Assembly: GCA_965285935.1 (NCBI GenBank)
Contig: OZ260665.1
Span: forward strand, 20,088,001-20,152,000
DNA: 64,000 nucleotides
Direction of reading: 5' to 3'
Source of the DNA: Ophelia neglecta
Taxonomy: Eukaryota
This document shows positions 13,101 through 25,350 of this stretch, in pieces; within the stretch, counting starts at the first letter, position 1; each line of letters opens with the position of its first letter. Position numbers and translations under genes: made by a program. Under the pieces are notes generated by a model. That model ran no database searches and was not told the origin of the DNA. It saw nothing but the letters and a program-made list of their open reading frames with translations.

Positions 13101-15846
13101 GTTGAGGTATCTCTGGTGGGAAGACAACGATATTTCCAAAGAACCGGTTGACTACAGGTTGACCACTCATTTGTTCGGCGGCGTGTGGTCGCCAAGTGCA
13201 GCCAATTATGCGCTAAGACGGTGTGCTATCGACAATGAGGCCGACTATGATACACTGACATTTGACACCGTCCAGAGTAATTTCTACGTGGACGATTGTC
13301 TCAAATCCGTGAGTGAAACATCTACTGCTATCCACCTGGCCAGCCAGTTAACCGGAATGCTGGCCAAAGGTGGATTCCGCCTGACAAAATGGATCAGCAA
13401 TGATAAGGGGTTGTTGCAGACAATTCCAAGTGAAGAGCATGCGAAGGGTTTGGCCTCTATCAACTTTGACCTTGACCAGTTGCCTACTGAGCATGCTCTT
13501 GGAGTTCTCTGGCATGTGGAAAATGATTCCTTTGGCTTTGAGATACATCTCCCCGAGAAACCCAAAACTCGTCGAGGAGTGCTAAGTTCTATGAGCTCAG
13601 TTTACGACCCTCTGGGTTTTGTCAGTCCATACATTCTCCGAGCTAAGTTGATCTTCCAATCCCTATGTCGTCGCAACTTGGGATGGGATGAGAGGATTCC
13701 AGATGACCTGCAACAACAATGGGATGATTGGCTACATGATTTGCCACAGCTGAAGCGACTGGACATCCCTCGCTGCATCAGGCCGTGTAACTTTGTGTTA
13801 GCCTCAGCTGCATTACATCATTTTGCTGATGCTTCGCAGGTTGGGTATGGGGCAGTTTCATATCTTCGGCTGCAGGACACTACAGGAATCCTCTCCTGCT
13901 CACTAATAATGTCGAAGTCAAAACTAGCACCAATCAAAGGATCCACAATTCCACGTTTGGAGCTGACAGCTGCTGTGGAGGCAGTCAAACTGGACAGGCT
14001 GATTCGGCAAGAGTTGGAGTTACCACTTCAGAAGTCAACCTTCTGGACAGACTCAATGATCGTTCTATGGTACATTTGCCAGGATGATAAACGTTTTCAG
14101 ACTTTTGTTGCCAATCGAGTGGCATATATCCGTGAATACACTGCGCCAAGTCAATGGCGACATGTGTCAACAAAGGACAACCCGGCAGATGACACGTCCA
14201 GGGGGATGTCAGCAATTGAAGTATCCACATCCACTCGGTGGTTGCAGGGCCCCGCCTTCCTAAGGGAGTCTGAAGTAGCCTGGCCACCCAAACCTGTCTT
14301 GGGACAAACTCAACCTGATGAAGCTGAGGTAAAGAGAGAACTCCAGGCCCATTCTATTGCGGTCAATCATGATGATGGACCCGTTAGCAAATTACTGCTT
14401 CAGTACTCATCTTGGTACAGGCTGCAGAAGGCAGTAGCCTGGTTCCTTCGCCTGAAGAAAAAGCTATTAAAACGTGACAAGCAACCCGCGGGTTCTCTCC
14501 GGGTGATAGAGCTCCACGAAGCTAGGGTCGCCATCGTTCAGTATGTCCAACGGAAGGAGTTTGGCCTCAACTTGGCAGAGTTTATTGAATCTGGCAAGTT
14601 ATGTAAACTAGTGCCATTTCTGTCACTGCAAGGGCTCTTGTGTGTAGGCGGCAGACTGAAACATTCAAATTTGCTTCAAGACGCAAAACATCCTTGGATT
14701 CTTCCAAACAGTCACCATATTACACAACTCATAGTGGAGCACTTCCATGCAGCGTCTGGCCATTCAGGACCCGAGCGAGTCCTGGCTGAAATAAGACAAA
14801 CGTATTGGCCGGTCAAAGGACGTTCAATAGTGAAGTCAGTCCTGAGGAAATGCATCCCCTGCAAAAGGGCAAAAGCTGTAACAATGGGTCAGATCATGGC
14901 GGATCTTCCACCGGATCGTGTTACTCCCGGTGATCCTCCGTTCACTTGGGTTGGTGTGGATTATTTTGGCCCACTCATGGTCAAACGGGGACGCTCCGAG
15001 TTGAAGAGGTATGGATGCCTTTTTACCTGTTTGACAACAAGAGCGGTGCATATTGAAATGTCTGAATCCCTGGAGACAGACAGTTTCATAAATGCTCTAG
15101 AAACTTTCTGCGAACTTCGAGGCCGACCAAGACGTATTCGCTCTGACAACGGCACCAACTTTGTAGGCGCAAAAGCAGAACTATCGAAAGCCTTGGCCTC
15201 CCTAGATCAAAAGGCTATTCACAGCTATCTACGTAAGAGGGAGATAGAATGGGTTTTTAATCCTCCTGCGGCTAGTCATATGGGCGGCATTTGGGAAAGA
15301 CAAATTCGAACAGTGCGATCTATCTTGCTACACTTGTGTCGACACCAGCTTCTGAATGACGAATGTCTTCGGACTTATCTGTACAAAGCAATGGGCATCA
15401 TTAACAGCAGACCGATAACAAAGCTGTCAGATGACCCAAGTGACATAGAACCGCTTACTCCAAATCATCTTCTCCTTCTACGTCCGTCGGGGAACCTAGC
15501 TTTTGGAACGTTTGTCAAAGAAGACCTGTACAGGCGCAGGTGGCGCCAGGTACAATATATGACTGATCAATTTTGGACTTGATGGGTCCGAGAGTATCTG
15601 CCTTCCCTCCAGGAACGACAACGTTGGACCAGACCGAGCAAAAATCTTGAAGTTGGATGCTTGGTTTTGGTTCAGCATGAAAAAACTCCTCGAGGTGAGT
15701 GGCCACTCGGACTAATCACCGAGGTCTACCCAGGAAAAGATGGTAAGGTCAGATCAGCTCAGATACGTTTCCGTGGCGGTCTGTATCACCGGCCAGTTCA
15801 CAAGCTTTGCCTACTGGAGGGGAGCAACTCAATAGACTCTCAGTAG
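10105..15846 (+). CDS. BEL/Pao Gag-Pol polyprotein: 1825-aa ORF to 15582, with the same frame continuing past one in-frame TGA to the TAG at 15844-15846
   Basis: Gag zinc knuckles CFLCGGRHVIVYC, CVNCYAEGHSSKTC and CKLPGCEKKHSTFLH. Protease LLDTGA; RT YVDD; RNase H FADAS, TIPRLEL, FWTDS and NPAD. Integrase H-x4-H...CIPC with catalytic GVDYFGP, SDNGTNF and WERQI. After the stop the frame reads WVREYLPSLQERQRW...WPLGLITEVYPGKDGKVR...RPVHKLCLL, the usual BEL integrase C-terminal region. Confidence 0.95.
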
Positions 15847-15993
15847 CAGGTTGCTTTATCTCCACCGAACAGATCAAATGTTGACGACATTGTTATAATG
15901 GACCAAGGACTGCGACTCGGCTAAATGTTACTGTTGATCATTGTTATAGTAAATATATATGGCTTGCCTTGCTAGCTTGTCAACTTTCTGCAA

Positions 15994-16035
<42 letters not shown>

Positions 16036-16074
16036 CATTGGTTATCGTAATGCTGTGTCTGTCACACTGGCATT

Positions 16075-16085
16075 GGCGGCCGGGA
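16075..16085 (+). other. Polypurine-tract-like plus-strand primer site
   Basis: GGCGGCCGGGA lies immediately 5' of the TG that starts the 3' LTR. Confidence 0.65.
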
Positions 16086-17155
16086 TGTTGTGTTTAAATT
16101 TGCCATGTACAGCGCTGTCGTGGTAACTGCTTACTGCTCAGGCTATTTTTACCTTCACTGACTAAGGGCAGTAGCCTCTTGGACTCAAGCATGGACGCAA
16201 CAAATTTCTCGGACAGTTTGTAATCCTTGAACATCTCCATTTTATGTTGAACTCCCATGCTCCGCAGCGTAGTAAGTAATTAGACCAATGTTTTTACGTT
16301 TGTTAGTGGCTTTCTTTTGTGTTTTATTGCTTAGATGACATTAATGTTGTACTCAGATATTGAGTTATATTTGGCTCCTACTTGGGTGGCACGTAAACAC
16401 ATGTCAACTTAAGTATATTTATATTCCTGTATCAATTCCTTCACTATTTCCTAGCCAACTTATACAAATCCATATCTTCAACCACAACTTATGTGTTTTA
16501 TGTAAAATAAGTAATTATTCAGGGTTTCTCTTGATTGTGCCTTATTTGTCTACTTAATAATATTCTCCATTTGGTTAACCCAATATGAGTGTCCACTGCA
16601 TTGGTTATACTGTATATCGCTTATCTGACTTGTGAGCGCTGACTCACTGCAGTGTCTGGCGGCCAGCTTTGTGGAGGCTCACAGTGTTAATGAGTACAAG
16701 TTTGGCTAATGTAAATTCTTGTTGAAATAAATGTGCAGTAACATGTGCATGTTATTCCCAACCTAGGTTAACTCAACTATTTGCAATGATTACAATATGC
16801 GTGTATATCTGTATGTATTATTATGTATACTTGCCTATGCACTTATAGTGTTATGCAAATTATCAATGTCGTATATTTAGTGGTTGTAAGCAGGCTTCTC
16901 TAGTTCTATTAACTGTAAACAATTTTATGCTGTAGCTCTCTCAGTAGATATATCCTATGTGTATGTCACTTAAATGGTAAAATATTGCAGATTCTTTCTC
17001 ATAGTTTATATAATACGGGTTTAATTAAGTTGTTTAGTTTACTATTGTTTTTGTTACTTTTCAGTTTAAACCGTCACCTTCAAACAATAAACAGACAAGC
17101 AAATCAACGACGCGTTTTGAATATTCTGGATAAAACATTAATGTAGTTCACTATA
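16086..17155 (+). repeat. 3' LTR (1070 bp)
   Basis: Direct repeat of the 5' LTR. Preceded by the purine-rich GGCGGCCGGGA and followed by the TSD GTGGG. Confidence 0.96.
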
Positions 17156-18211
17156 GTGGGCGATATGCAATCAATATAAACTACCCGAGAAGTGGAGCAG
17201 GTATTAACAGTCTACTTACTGTTAATGAATCACCTCTATTAAATAGGCCCGCAATCATTAGAAACCCCCAGCTACACAGCCACAAACACCTATCCCCAGT
17301 TCCCCATCACCAACAAGCTCGTTATAATACCATTAATAGTAAATCAAAGTGGATATCAATTGGAATGAGAAGCAGATAACAGTTGTCCTTGATGCAAGTC
17401 AGAGCGTCGACAAACAAACTAGTCAGCGCACATGTTCAACGAAAGACAGGGATTATATAAGCAATTCTACAAAATGATTGGAAACGAACGGCTATAAAAA
17501 TTAACTCTATACATTCTGTACAAGACTGTGCTCATGAATGGACCATTGTTAAACCCTCATTTTAGCTCAACACTGAGATTTAAATACATAAATTGCAAAA
17601 TAAGGTCTTTGGCTGAATCGCTACCCATTATGAATACCTTCTGGTATGTAGTTAAGTCCCAGGATTAAACACAATGCAGGCTATTCTTGGCGGTCACAGC
17701 CCATTTTCGTAGAGCCAGTGTCCATGAATTCTAGCCAGAAATGTTTCCATTGAGAGCAAGGTATATGAATATCTTACAATGATTGCTAGAATGAAATCTG
17801 ACTAGCATTCAAGCCTACGTTCCAAATATACAGCAGAAAAATACTGCAGCTATGGATCATACCTTATTCAGATTACCAATATTGAATATTAAACAAGTGG
17901 CCTGTCATATTGGGGGCATTTCCAGCGTGTTACAAACACGGTAGAAAATAAGCCATCTAGAAACCGGATCCTTTCTGTCATCACGTGTTATGCTAGTAGC
18001 TGCTAGTCGACAACTCGATTCCGGCTGCTTCCACCACGGAAATTAACGAGGTACACGTTGGATTCGATTGCCAGAATATCTACATACATCATGAACTGAT
18101 TGTTCTTAACATCAGCCAATAGATCAGAGAAATATGGATATTATGGGAAAACAGGAGTAGACAACCGACACACAAAGCAATATCGTGAAACATGATAGTC
18201 TTTTAAATCGA

Positions 18212-18450
18212 TTCGAAACGGCTTTGAGTTAACGGCGAAAGCAAAAGCTTCGGCGAAAGCCGCATGGCCTCTTAAATTGAGCTAATATGAACACAATAAT
18301 AACCCTACCTTTACCAATTTATATCATAATCAAAATTGAGATGTCTGGGTTAGGGTTGGCTAAAAAATAAATGATATTTTAGATTATTGTGTCACCGATG
18401 CTGCTTTCGCAATAATTTTCGCTTTCGCCGTTAACACACAGCCATTCGAA
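18212..18450. mobile_element. Foldback MITE with telomere-like motifs
   Basis: Inverted ends GGCTTTGAGTTAACGGCGAAAGC / GCTTTCGCCGTTAACACACAGCC. Internal AACCCTA and GGGTTAGGGTT. Confidence 0.7.
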
Positions 18451-19749
18451 ACCATTACCTTCTACATAATCATGGTTTGCTTCATTGCCTTCTCCTTGCC
18501 AAAAACGTGCGTCTATACAGGTGGTGGCTGGTAGAATATTCGTCTTTTAAGTCAACGCTTTTAGCTACAGTTTATACATGTTCTGGCAATTATTGTGCGA
18601 AGGGTTTAGGCACCTTGTGATTATGGTATCTGATATGACTAGGGGCGTTTTATATGTGTAAAATGCATGTGTGATGTCATAGGCCGTTATGTTAATGAGG
18701 ATTGTTAGCTGGTTATGTTGTACATATATATTCAGCAATATTTATTCGTTCGTGGACACTCTCTATTATATCATATCTATATCATTTATTATATTGCACA
18801 AACTCTCTCCAAATTGGAGGTTACATAAATAAACTAACTTAACAAACCCATTTTCCTGGTAGTTTTCAGATTATCGATTACTTTTTCGTTCAACTGTGCA
18901 TTAAATTAGGTATGCCGTAATTCCATTCTTTTCAACCTTTAGTATTACGTGTTTGTACTGCATACCGTACATGAATTAACCTTTGTTATCCCTGAAACTT
19001 AAAGGTGAAAAGGTTGACTATGTGAAATCAGCGAATATCGGAACATAAAGGTTACGTTCCCCTATAAGAGTCAATTTATACCCAATGCAAAATGGAGAAA
19101 AAAGTGTTAACGTTGGGCTTTAAAAATGACTGATATTTTAGATTGGTGTTAGCACGTTCGCTTTTGTCATAACCTTCGCTTTTGCCGATTACAAAACCCA
19201 ACGAGTAACAGGTCTTATGCGTACCATGAATAAGACAACCTCGTTAATAATTGAAATTATAGTCTTTGTCGAAGGTTCCAATGTCCATATATAATAAAAG
19301 TTTTCCCGAAAGACCTTGCCTTCATTGTCAAGGGGAGTGCCACCAATCAGAATGTAGAATTAACATGGTAGTAGAAAGCACACTTGGTGTCATGGAAATT
19401 CTACCATACGTCACCAGCTAAATCTCGTCTGCCTGACTACCTTTATTTTCGGACACATCATAGATTGATCTTGTCGCTCGTGGTTTTCTCGACTTCTGGG
19501 ATGTGAGTGTTTGAGTGCTTATTTGAGATTAAATGGGATATCATGGACACTTTTCATAATGGTAATGATAACCCTACTGAAGCCATTTGTATACCAAAAA
19601 CAAAATTGGGATGAAGGTGTTAAGTTTTCGTCATAAAAACACGGATATTGTAGCCTTTTGTTAGCGCTTTCCCTTTGTCGTTACCATTTGATCTTGCGCT
19701 TATTAATACAATTTTATCTTCGTGCAAATAAGTAGTGCAAGTACATGTA

Positions 19750-20190
19750 TATGAGCAGAAAGGGTTCGCAATATATTTAAATAGCTACAACAAGCAAATA
19801 ATGCCTTATAGTGCTTGGGTGAAAATAACAAATATTGGCTCATAGATAAGCCTTTAAATTATATTTTAATACGGGAATACCAACAAATAGACCTGAAATT
19901 TATCACTGAGAATATCCCATATTATTACACCTAGGTAGTTTAGAGATTTATGGGTTATACCTGTTATATAGCAGCCAGAACATGCAGCTTAGATGATTGT
20001 CTGTCTGGTACTTGTGAATTCCACTATTTATATAAAAGAAATCATTAATTACTCCCGGCATAGAACCATTCACATATTTATACATAAAAAGTGTAACATT
20101 GTACAGGAATACAATAAGTAGCTTTAATCTAATGTTATCTTTTAAAGTAATGTATAAGACTTGTACTTTTTCAGAAATGTTTGAAACTTC
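19750..20190 (-). mobile_element. CR1/L2-type LINE 3' fragment
   Basis: LFMYKYVNGSMPGVINDFFYINSGIHKYQT is typical of the CR1/L2 ORF2 C-terminus. Confidence 0.7.
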
Positions 20191-20704
20191 TGAATGCATG
20201 ACGAAGCCACATCCCTTGGCTACCCATAGCTCGACATCAGCCGCACATTAGCAAACAGCGCCAGGTCCCGAAGCCCTCAAAGATTTTGTATAAATTTACC
20301 TATTAGTCTATTGAAGTTAAGAGACCGATCATGCAGTAACGAGATTTGTTACCAGTCATTGCACAAGTATTTGTACCCACGGTGATAATGTTCACGTGTC
20401 AAATCCCATCATTGTTGGACATTTAGCCTCGTCGGCGACCTGTTGTCGGACGAAAAGCCTATGTTGTTCCGGTAGGGCCTGTATAAATGGTGGGTTTCTA
20501 ATCATCGAGTCTCGAGTATCGGGTATGAAAGCAGGAGTAAGTCTTCTATTGTGGTAAAAATGATTTATAGAAAATCGTTAAGCTATTAACGCAATAAACC
20601 CCTCTTATCACACTTCGGTTGACAAAACACGAGTTGTCCTGCCATTGATTGTGTGGCCTGTGTTGTTCTTTAACAAACATGGGTGTGTGTTAATGGTTTT
20701 TCAG

Positions 20705-20917
20705 CATGCCCATCGCCCATTTTCTCTTGTCGAGTTTGATCACACAATGACCGCAAAATTCGGGTCGCATTTGCATCCGGCAAGTCGGAGTTTGTTGGCC
20801 GCCTTTCCCATAATTCATTCCGTTCGTTTGCATTTCCTTTGCAGATCTTTCTCCACACTCCCTCAGGTCACCAGAACTCGTGGAAATTATATAATGTCCT
20901 TTGTACGATACGTCATG
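20705..20917 (+). pseudogene. PAN-like exon remnant, duplicate copy 1
   Basis: Acceptor TTTTCAG, donor ATG|GTAAGC. Across frames it reads ACPSPIF / LVEFDHT...HFLCRSFS / NVLCTIRH(G). Confidence 0.55.
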
Positions 20918-21293
20918 GTAAGCCTGGCTCATATTTGAAATGATTAATGATTATCTTTTTATTCTTCTTGGTACGGGTAAGGTAAATGGCGAAACAAATA
21001 TTATTTAACGAATGTTTAATTCCGCGCAGTAAGTAGCTTTATTTCGCGCAAAAAACATATGCGGAATCCCCCCCCCCCCCCTGTGGAATAAAACTACCTA
21101 CTACATGGTATTAAACTAGTCGAAAATCTGTTTCCCTTACAATTTGCGCGGAATAATCCAACTTCCTGGGCGAAAGAAGCCTACGAAATTAACCGACATG
21201 CTGCGCGTGATTAGCCCACTTCCTGTGCGGAATTTAAACGATGCGCGATATAATCGGGCTTTACCTTATACGTCATGGTTCCCCCAGAAGAAG

Positions 21294-21520
21294 GGCTTTT
21301 GATTAAAAACGGAAGCGCGGAGCCTTGTGGAGGCAAATTCCGAAATTAGAACACAGCACTAGACTTATTAAACTTGTCCCTAACCCTTCCCCTAACCCTG
21401 AAATTAACCCTCAGCCCTAACCACAGCCTTGCTGACGCTTTTTTTGCTTCCTGTCACTCAGAAACACCCTTGACCTCCGCGTCCGCATAGCTTCCGCACG
21501 TCCGCGTTTAATCAAAAGGC
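21294..21520. mobile_element. MITE with internal CCCTAA repeats
   Basis: TIRs CTTTTGATTAAAAACGGAAGCGCGGA / TCCGCACGTCCGCGTTTAATCAAAAG. The flanks CAGAAGAAGG and CAGAAAAAGG are a near-duplication. Confidence 0.72.
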
Positions 21521-22214
21521 AGAAAAAGGGTGAAATAAACATAATTGGAATATAATGTCGTGGGTGTTAGATTCTCAATCCATGCAAACATTCTCTAAAA
21601 CAGGTGCACATCGGGTTATGTAATAACAGCGAGGTTAAGCCTTTTGAGTAATATCCGCCTCCGGGTAAAGGTCCCTTGAACATCCCTCATTTAGGAAGAC
21701 AGGCACGAAACGACCGGAGTCGAGCTAAAGTAATTGCGGTAACTAACGAACCTTCCTATATTTAATGATGACATTTGTAGAGGAGTGGCTAAGCCCCTTC
21801 AGAAAGCCGAAGGTTTTACAGGTAAACTGTCCGAAAGGAAATCTGGTAATTGCATCCATTTTCTGGTTGCTCGCCTTGAAGAAAATCCAAAAAACAAAAC
21901 TGCATATTTTTTTATTCTTGACATTAGCATTCGTCAACGAACGCTTGTCTGTAGAGCAATGTTTGGAGTTGGAACATAATCAATCTTTCTTATAAGCTCG
22001 CGCAGTTTGTTGTGACCAAGCAAGTGGTCGAGAAATAGGAAAAAACGACAAATTGGATAGCACAACTACAAGCATTAAACAAGAGTATTTTGATGAAGGA
22101 ATTATAAAGTACTAACATACTTGTCAGAAGTACGGGAGCCGTTTGCCTACAGGGGATTAGCGCCTAAATTCAAGATTCTAAATTATATGATAAATTAAAG
22201 CCTTGAAAATGCCT

Positions 22215-22602
22215 AGAATGAACATTGTCCTTTCTTAAGGAACATGTCATCCTGTCTATTGAACATTGTCTTGTCTAATGAACACTGTATTGTCTTAATT
22301 AGCATTGTCTTGTCTCGAGCATCGTCTTTTCTAAATTAAAGCATTGTTAAACGCCTAGTATGAACGATGTATTGTCTAATGAACATTTTCTTGTCTAAAT
22401 TCAATACTTGTTAGCGCCTAGTATGAATACTGTCCTGTCTTATGGACATAGTCCTGTCTAATGAACATTGTCTTGTCTAATTAACAATGTGTTGTCTTAT
22501 TAGCACTGTGTTGTTTTATGAACACTATGGTGTCTTATGAACATTGTCTTGTCTAAATTCAAGCCTTGTCTTGTCTAATGAACAGCGTCTTGTCTAATGA
22601 AT
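22215..22602. repeat. Degenerate ~19-bp minisatellite (AACATTGTCTTGTCTAATG)n
   Basis: The unit recurs in tandem with variants. Confidence 0.85.
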
Positions 22603-22928
22603 GAAAACATGTGGCTAAAAAGGCTAAATGCAATTGAAAAAGATAAAAATAATAAGAGTACTAGCATTTAAAATCTCAATTTTATGCAAAAGGAGGGAAA
22701 ACTTAATCAAGACCATGTGTGTAATGTCAATGCTTTGACAATGGTATACTATTCGCTATCATTTGAGTTTTCAAGATGTCCTGAGATGGATTTGTCAACA
22801 TTTCTCTGCTTATCCATCTTGTCAGGAAATTAACCTGAATGGGGCTCGAGCCAAGAACCTTTCGACTTGTAGTTGGCACCTGTAGTTCATAAAAGGCGGA
22901 CACGCTCCCCGTCAGCCGCGGAAACAAC

Positions 22929-23380
22929 CCCCCCCCCCCCCACACACACACACCGCCATTTTAGGGGGTACACATGCTTGTTCACCACTTTTGAAAACTG
23001 ACCCCTATCTCGGGAAAGGCATTGAATTTTCCACCCCCTTATCTCAAGCTATCGCGGGGTTTTTCGGGTTTTTTACCCCCCTAACACAGGCATGATGAAA
23101 TATCACACCCCTATTCTCATTCTCCAGAAAGCACATAACCTCCTTTTATAGGGGGCATCAACATGAGGTAAAATATTCTAGGCAAACTTTCCAATCCTTT
23201 TCTCGGCAAATGCTTGTAAAAATACCACCCCCTTTTTCAATTTCTCGGGAGAAACAAACGAAAATTTACCCCTTTTTCGGGAATTCTCGGGCCCGAGATC
23301 AAAGCTCAAAAAGTACCACTTTTACCTAGAAATCGTGAACGCGCATGCGGCCCCCCAACCCAGGGAGAGGGGGGGGGGCG
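22929..23380. mobile_element. Mutator-like non-autonomous element with C-run and G-run termini
   Basis: GGAAACAAC(CC) is duplicated on both flanks (22920 and 23381), a TSD of about 9 bp. Confidence 0.65.
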
Positions 23381-23877
23381 GGAAACAACCCTATATTAAT
23401 GGTATGATTTGGGTTCGCTTATACCTTCCAGAAATAAAGCTTATTGAGGGCACAATGAGCACGTTCATATTTTAGTAATTTCCCGCATCGTTTGATTTTG
23501 CCCAGTTAACCCACTTAAAATTAAAGTAGGTTCATGTTACATGGAATTTGAAATTATGGTCGGTAAGTAGGGATATTTTTCTTTCATTTCTTTTCTTCGA
23601 GTAGACGATCGGGGTTGACTTAGTTTCTGAGTTGACTATTTTTTTCATTAGCACACTGTTTGTAGGACAATATCTGTGACTATAAATTTATATTGTTACT
23701 AGGTCATAAACGCAATAATGTTATACACGTCCAATGTAAAAATGTGCATTGAACGATAAAAGGAGACTTCAGAATACTGCCATGATAAGTGCTATTCTAG
23801 ATACTGTATTTATTGACTGCTCAGTAAAACCACCACTTTAGGTGTTTATTCGGCACAATAAAAACTGATTATTTAAG

Positions 23878-24093
23878 CATGCCCATCGCTCATTTTCTCT
23901 TGTCGAGTTTGATCACACAATCACCGCAAACTTCGGGTCACACTTGCATCCGGCAAGTCGGAGTATGTAGGCCGTCTTTCCCATAATTCATTCCGCTCGT
24001 GTACATTTCGCTTGCAAATCCCTCTCCACACTCCCTCAGGTCACCAGAACTCGCGGAAATTACATCATAATGTCCTTTGTATGACACTTCACG
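23878..24093 (+). pseudogene. PAN-like exon remnant, duplicate copy 2
   Basis: Roughly 88-90% identical to 20705-20917 by eye, with one 3-nt indel. Donor ACG|GTAAGC. Reads HFACKSL...VLCMTLH(G). Confidence 0.55.
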
Positions 24094-24480
24094 GTAAGCC
24101 TGGTTCAATTTTGAAATGATTAATGACTATCTCCGACTAAAGGCACGAAAACGAACCCAGTCAAAAATGTCGTGTGTCAGGCTTATTACCGCTGCTAAGA
24201 AAAATGTATATAAGCAAATTTTCCGGTTGATAGCAATGGAAAAACGTCGTATGAAAGCCAAATATCATGACATGGTCATAAAATTCTAGGTTTTTTGCCT
24301 ATGCTATAAGGAAAGCCTTGGGCCAGGGTATATTGAGGGGTCGGTGGGGTAACCGGAAACAGAACTCCTACTTTATTCGGCCTTAGTACAATGAGGCTAG
24401 ACTTTATAATTAATCAGTCAGTTATTTCCGACAGTTTTGTTTCGGAGTCGCTTTTTTCTCCAAACCTAATTGTCTTTCAG

Positions 24481-25350
24481 TCTAATATAGTTGTTGCCGG
24501 TGACAATCAAAGTTCTTGGCAACGTACACTCAGGGCAAGCTTCCATTTTGACCACCTGCTGCCTAGAAACATGCACGATAAAGGCTTCTTATATCTAAAG
24601 CATAGAGTATTCTTTGAATCAGGCACCTTTTTGGCATTATGGCAAATGAGCTCATATCCAACACCGCACCCGGAAGCAAAAATGATATCAAATAGGCCTA
24701 TGTAGTTTCGACAGACTGGAAACCAAGGAATTTTTAGTGCAGCATATGGGCTGGTCTCAAACCAAACCATCCAAAACTGATCACCAAAAGGAACGCCTTT
24801 AAAATACAATGTATCTTCTGTTAGGCTAATAAGTCGAGCGATTGCCCTGTAGACCTTAGCAAGATTTCTCCACGATCTGTTCTGATAAATTTTGTTCTGA
24901 TGCCACTTTCAGCTGGCTGGCAAAATGACCTCATAAGGCTAGATCAGCATATAAAATCTTAGAGACCACTATATGGACGTATATGTCGTGTAACGGTGTA
25001 ATGTACTGTATGTGCTGCTTGGGAGTAGTGAAATATGCTGATGGGTGCTCAGAGATCTTGCAGGCTGGCTTGCAAATTGAAGATGTTTCGCAGATCTAAC
25101 CTTTCTCAGTATGTTTTTACATTTGGGGCCTCTGATATGAGTGAGACAGGGTGATTCTCCTATTGCCCACCTGATCGATGACATACCCATACTGTCACAC
25201 GTGGAGGACTGCGTCAAGACATGGTTATGTTTGTCCGAGATACTCGGATGCTGTAGTGCGTGTATATCATGCCGGCCAACCTCAATTTGTCTGTCAATGG
25301 CGCGAAATGGCCGTCGGAGATGTCATACATTATACCAACTGACAGAAAAA
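24481..25350 (+). pseudogene. PAN-like exon remnants
   Basis: CTAAT followed by acceptor TCTTTCAG at 24480. Reads TTCCLETCTIKASYI*SIEY...GK*. The ORF at 25141 contains ILGCCSACISCRPTSICLSMARNGRRRCHTL. Confidence 0.55.

Larger units (their letters stand above)
8969..17155 (+). mobile_element. Full-length BEL/Pao LTR retrotransposon (8187 bp)
   Basis: Direct LTRs at 8969-10038 and 16086-17155. GTGGG is duplicated at 8964-8968 and 17156-17160. A single gag-PR-RT-RNaseH-IN frame carries BEL-type motifs. Confidence 0.97.

Noticed and set aside
15661-15846. A separate small gene or env-like ORF after pol
   Set aside because: It is in the same frame as pol and is the integrase C-terminal tail beyond the premature TGA. 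No env-like ORF is present.
20705-24093. Possible selenoprotein: both duplicated exons have a frame open except for one shared TGA in a CxxU-like context (SCRV*)
   Set aside because: The PAN-like motif (FxCRSF) lies in another frame, substitutions between the copies look neutral, and no SECIS-like element was found downstream. A lesion predating the duplication explains the shared TGA.
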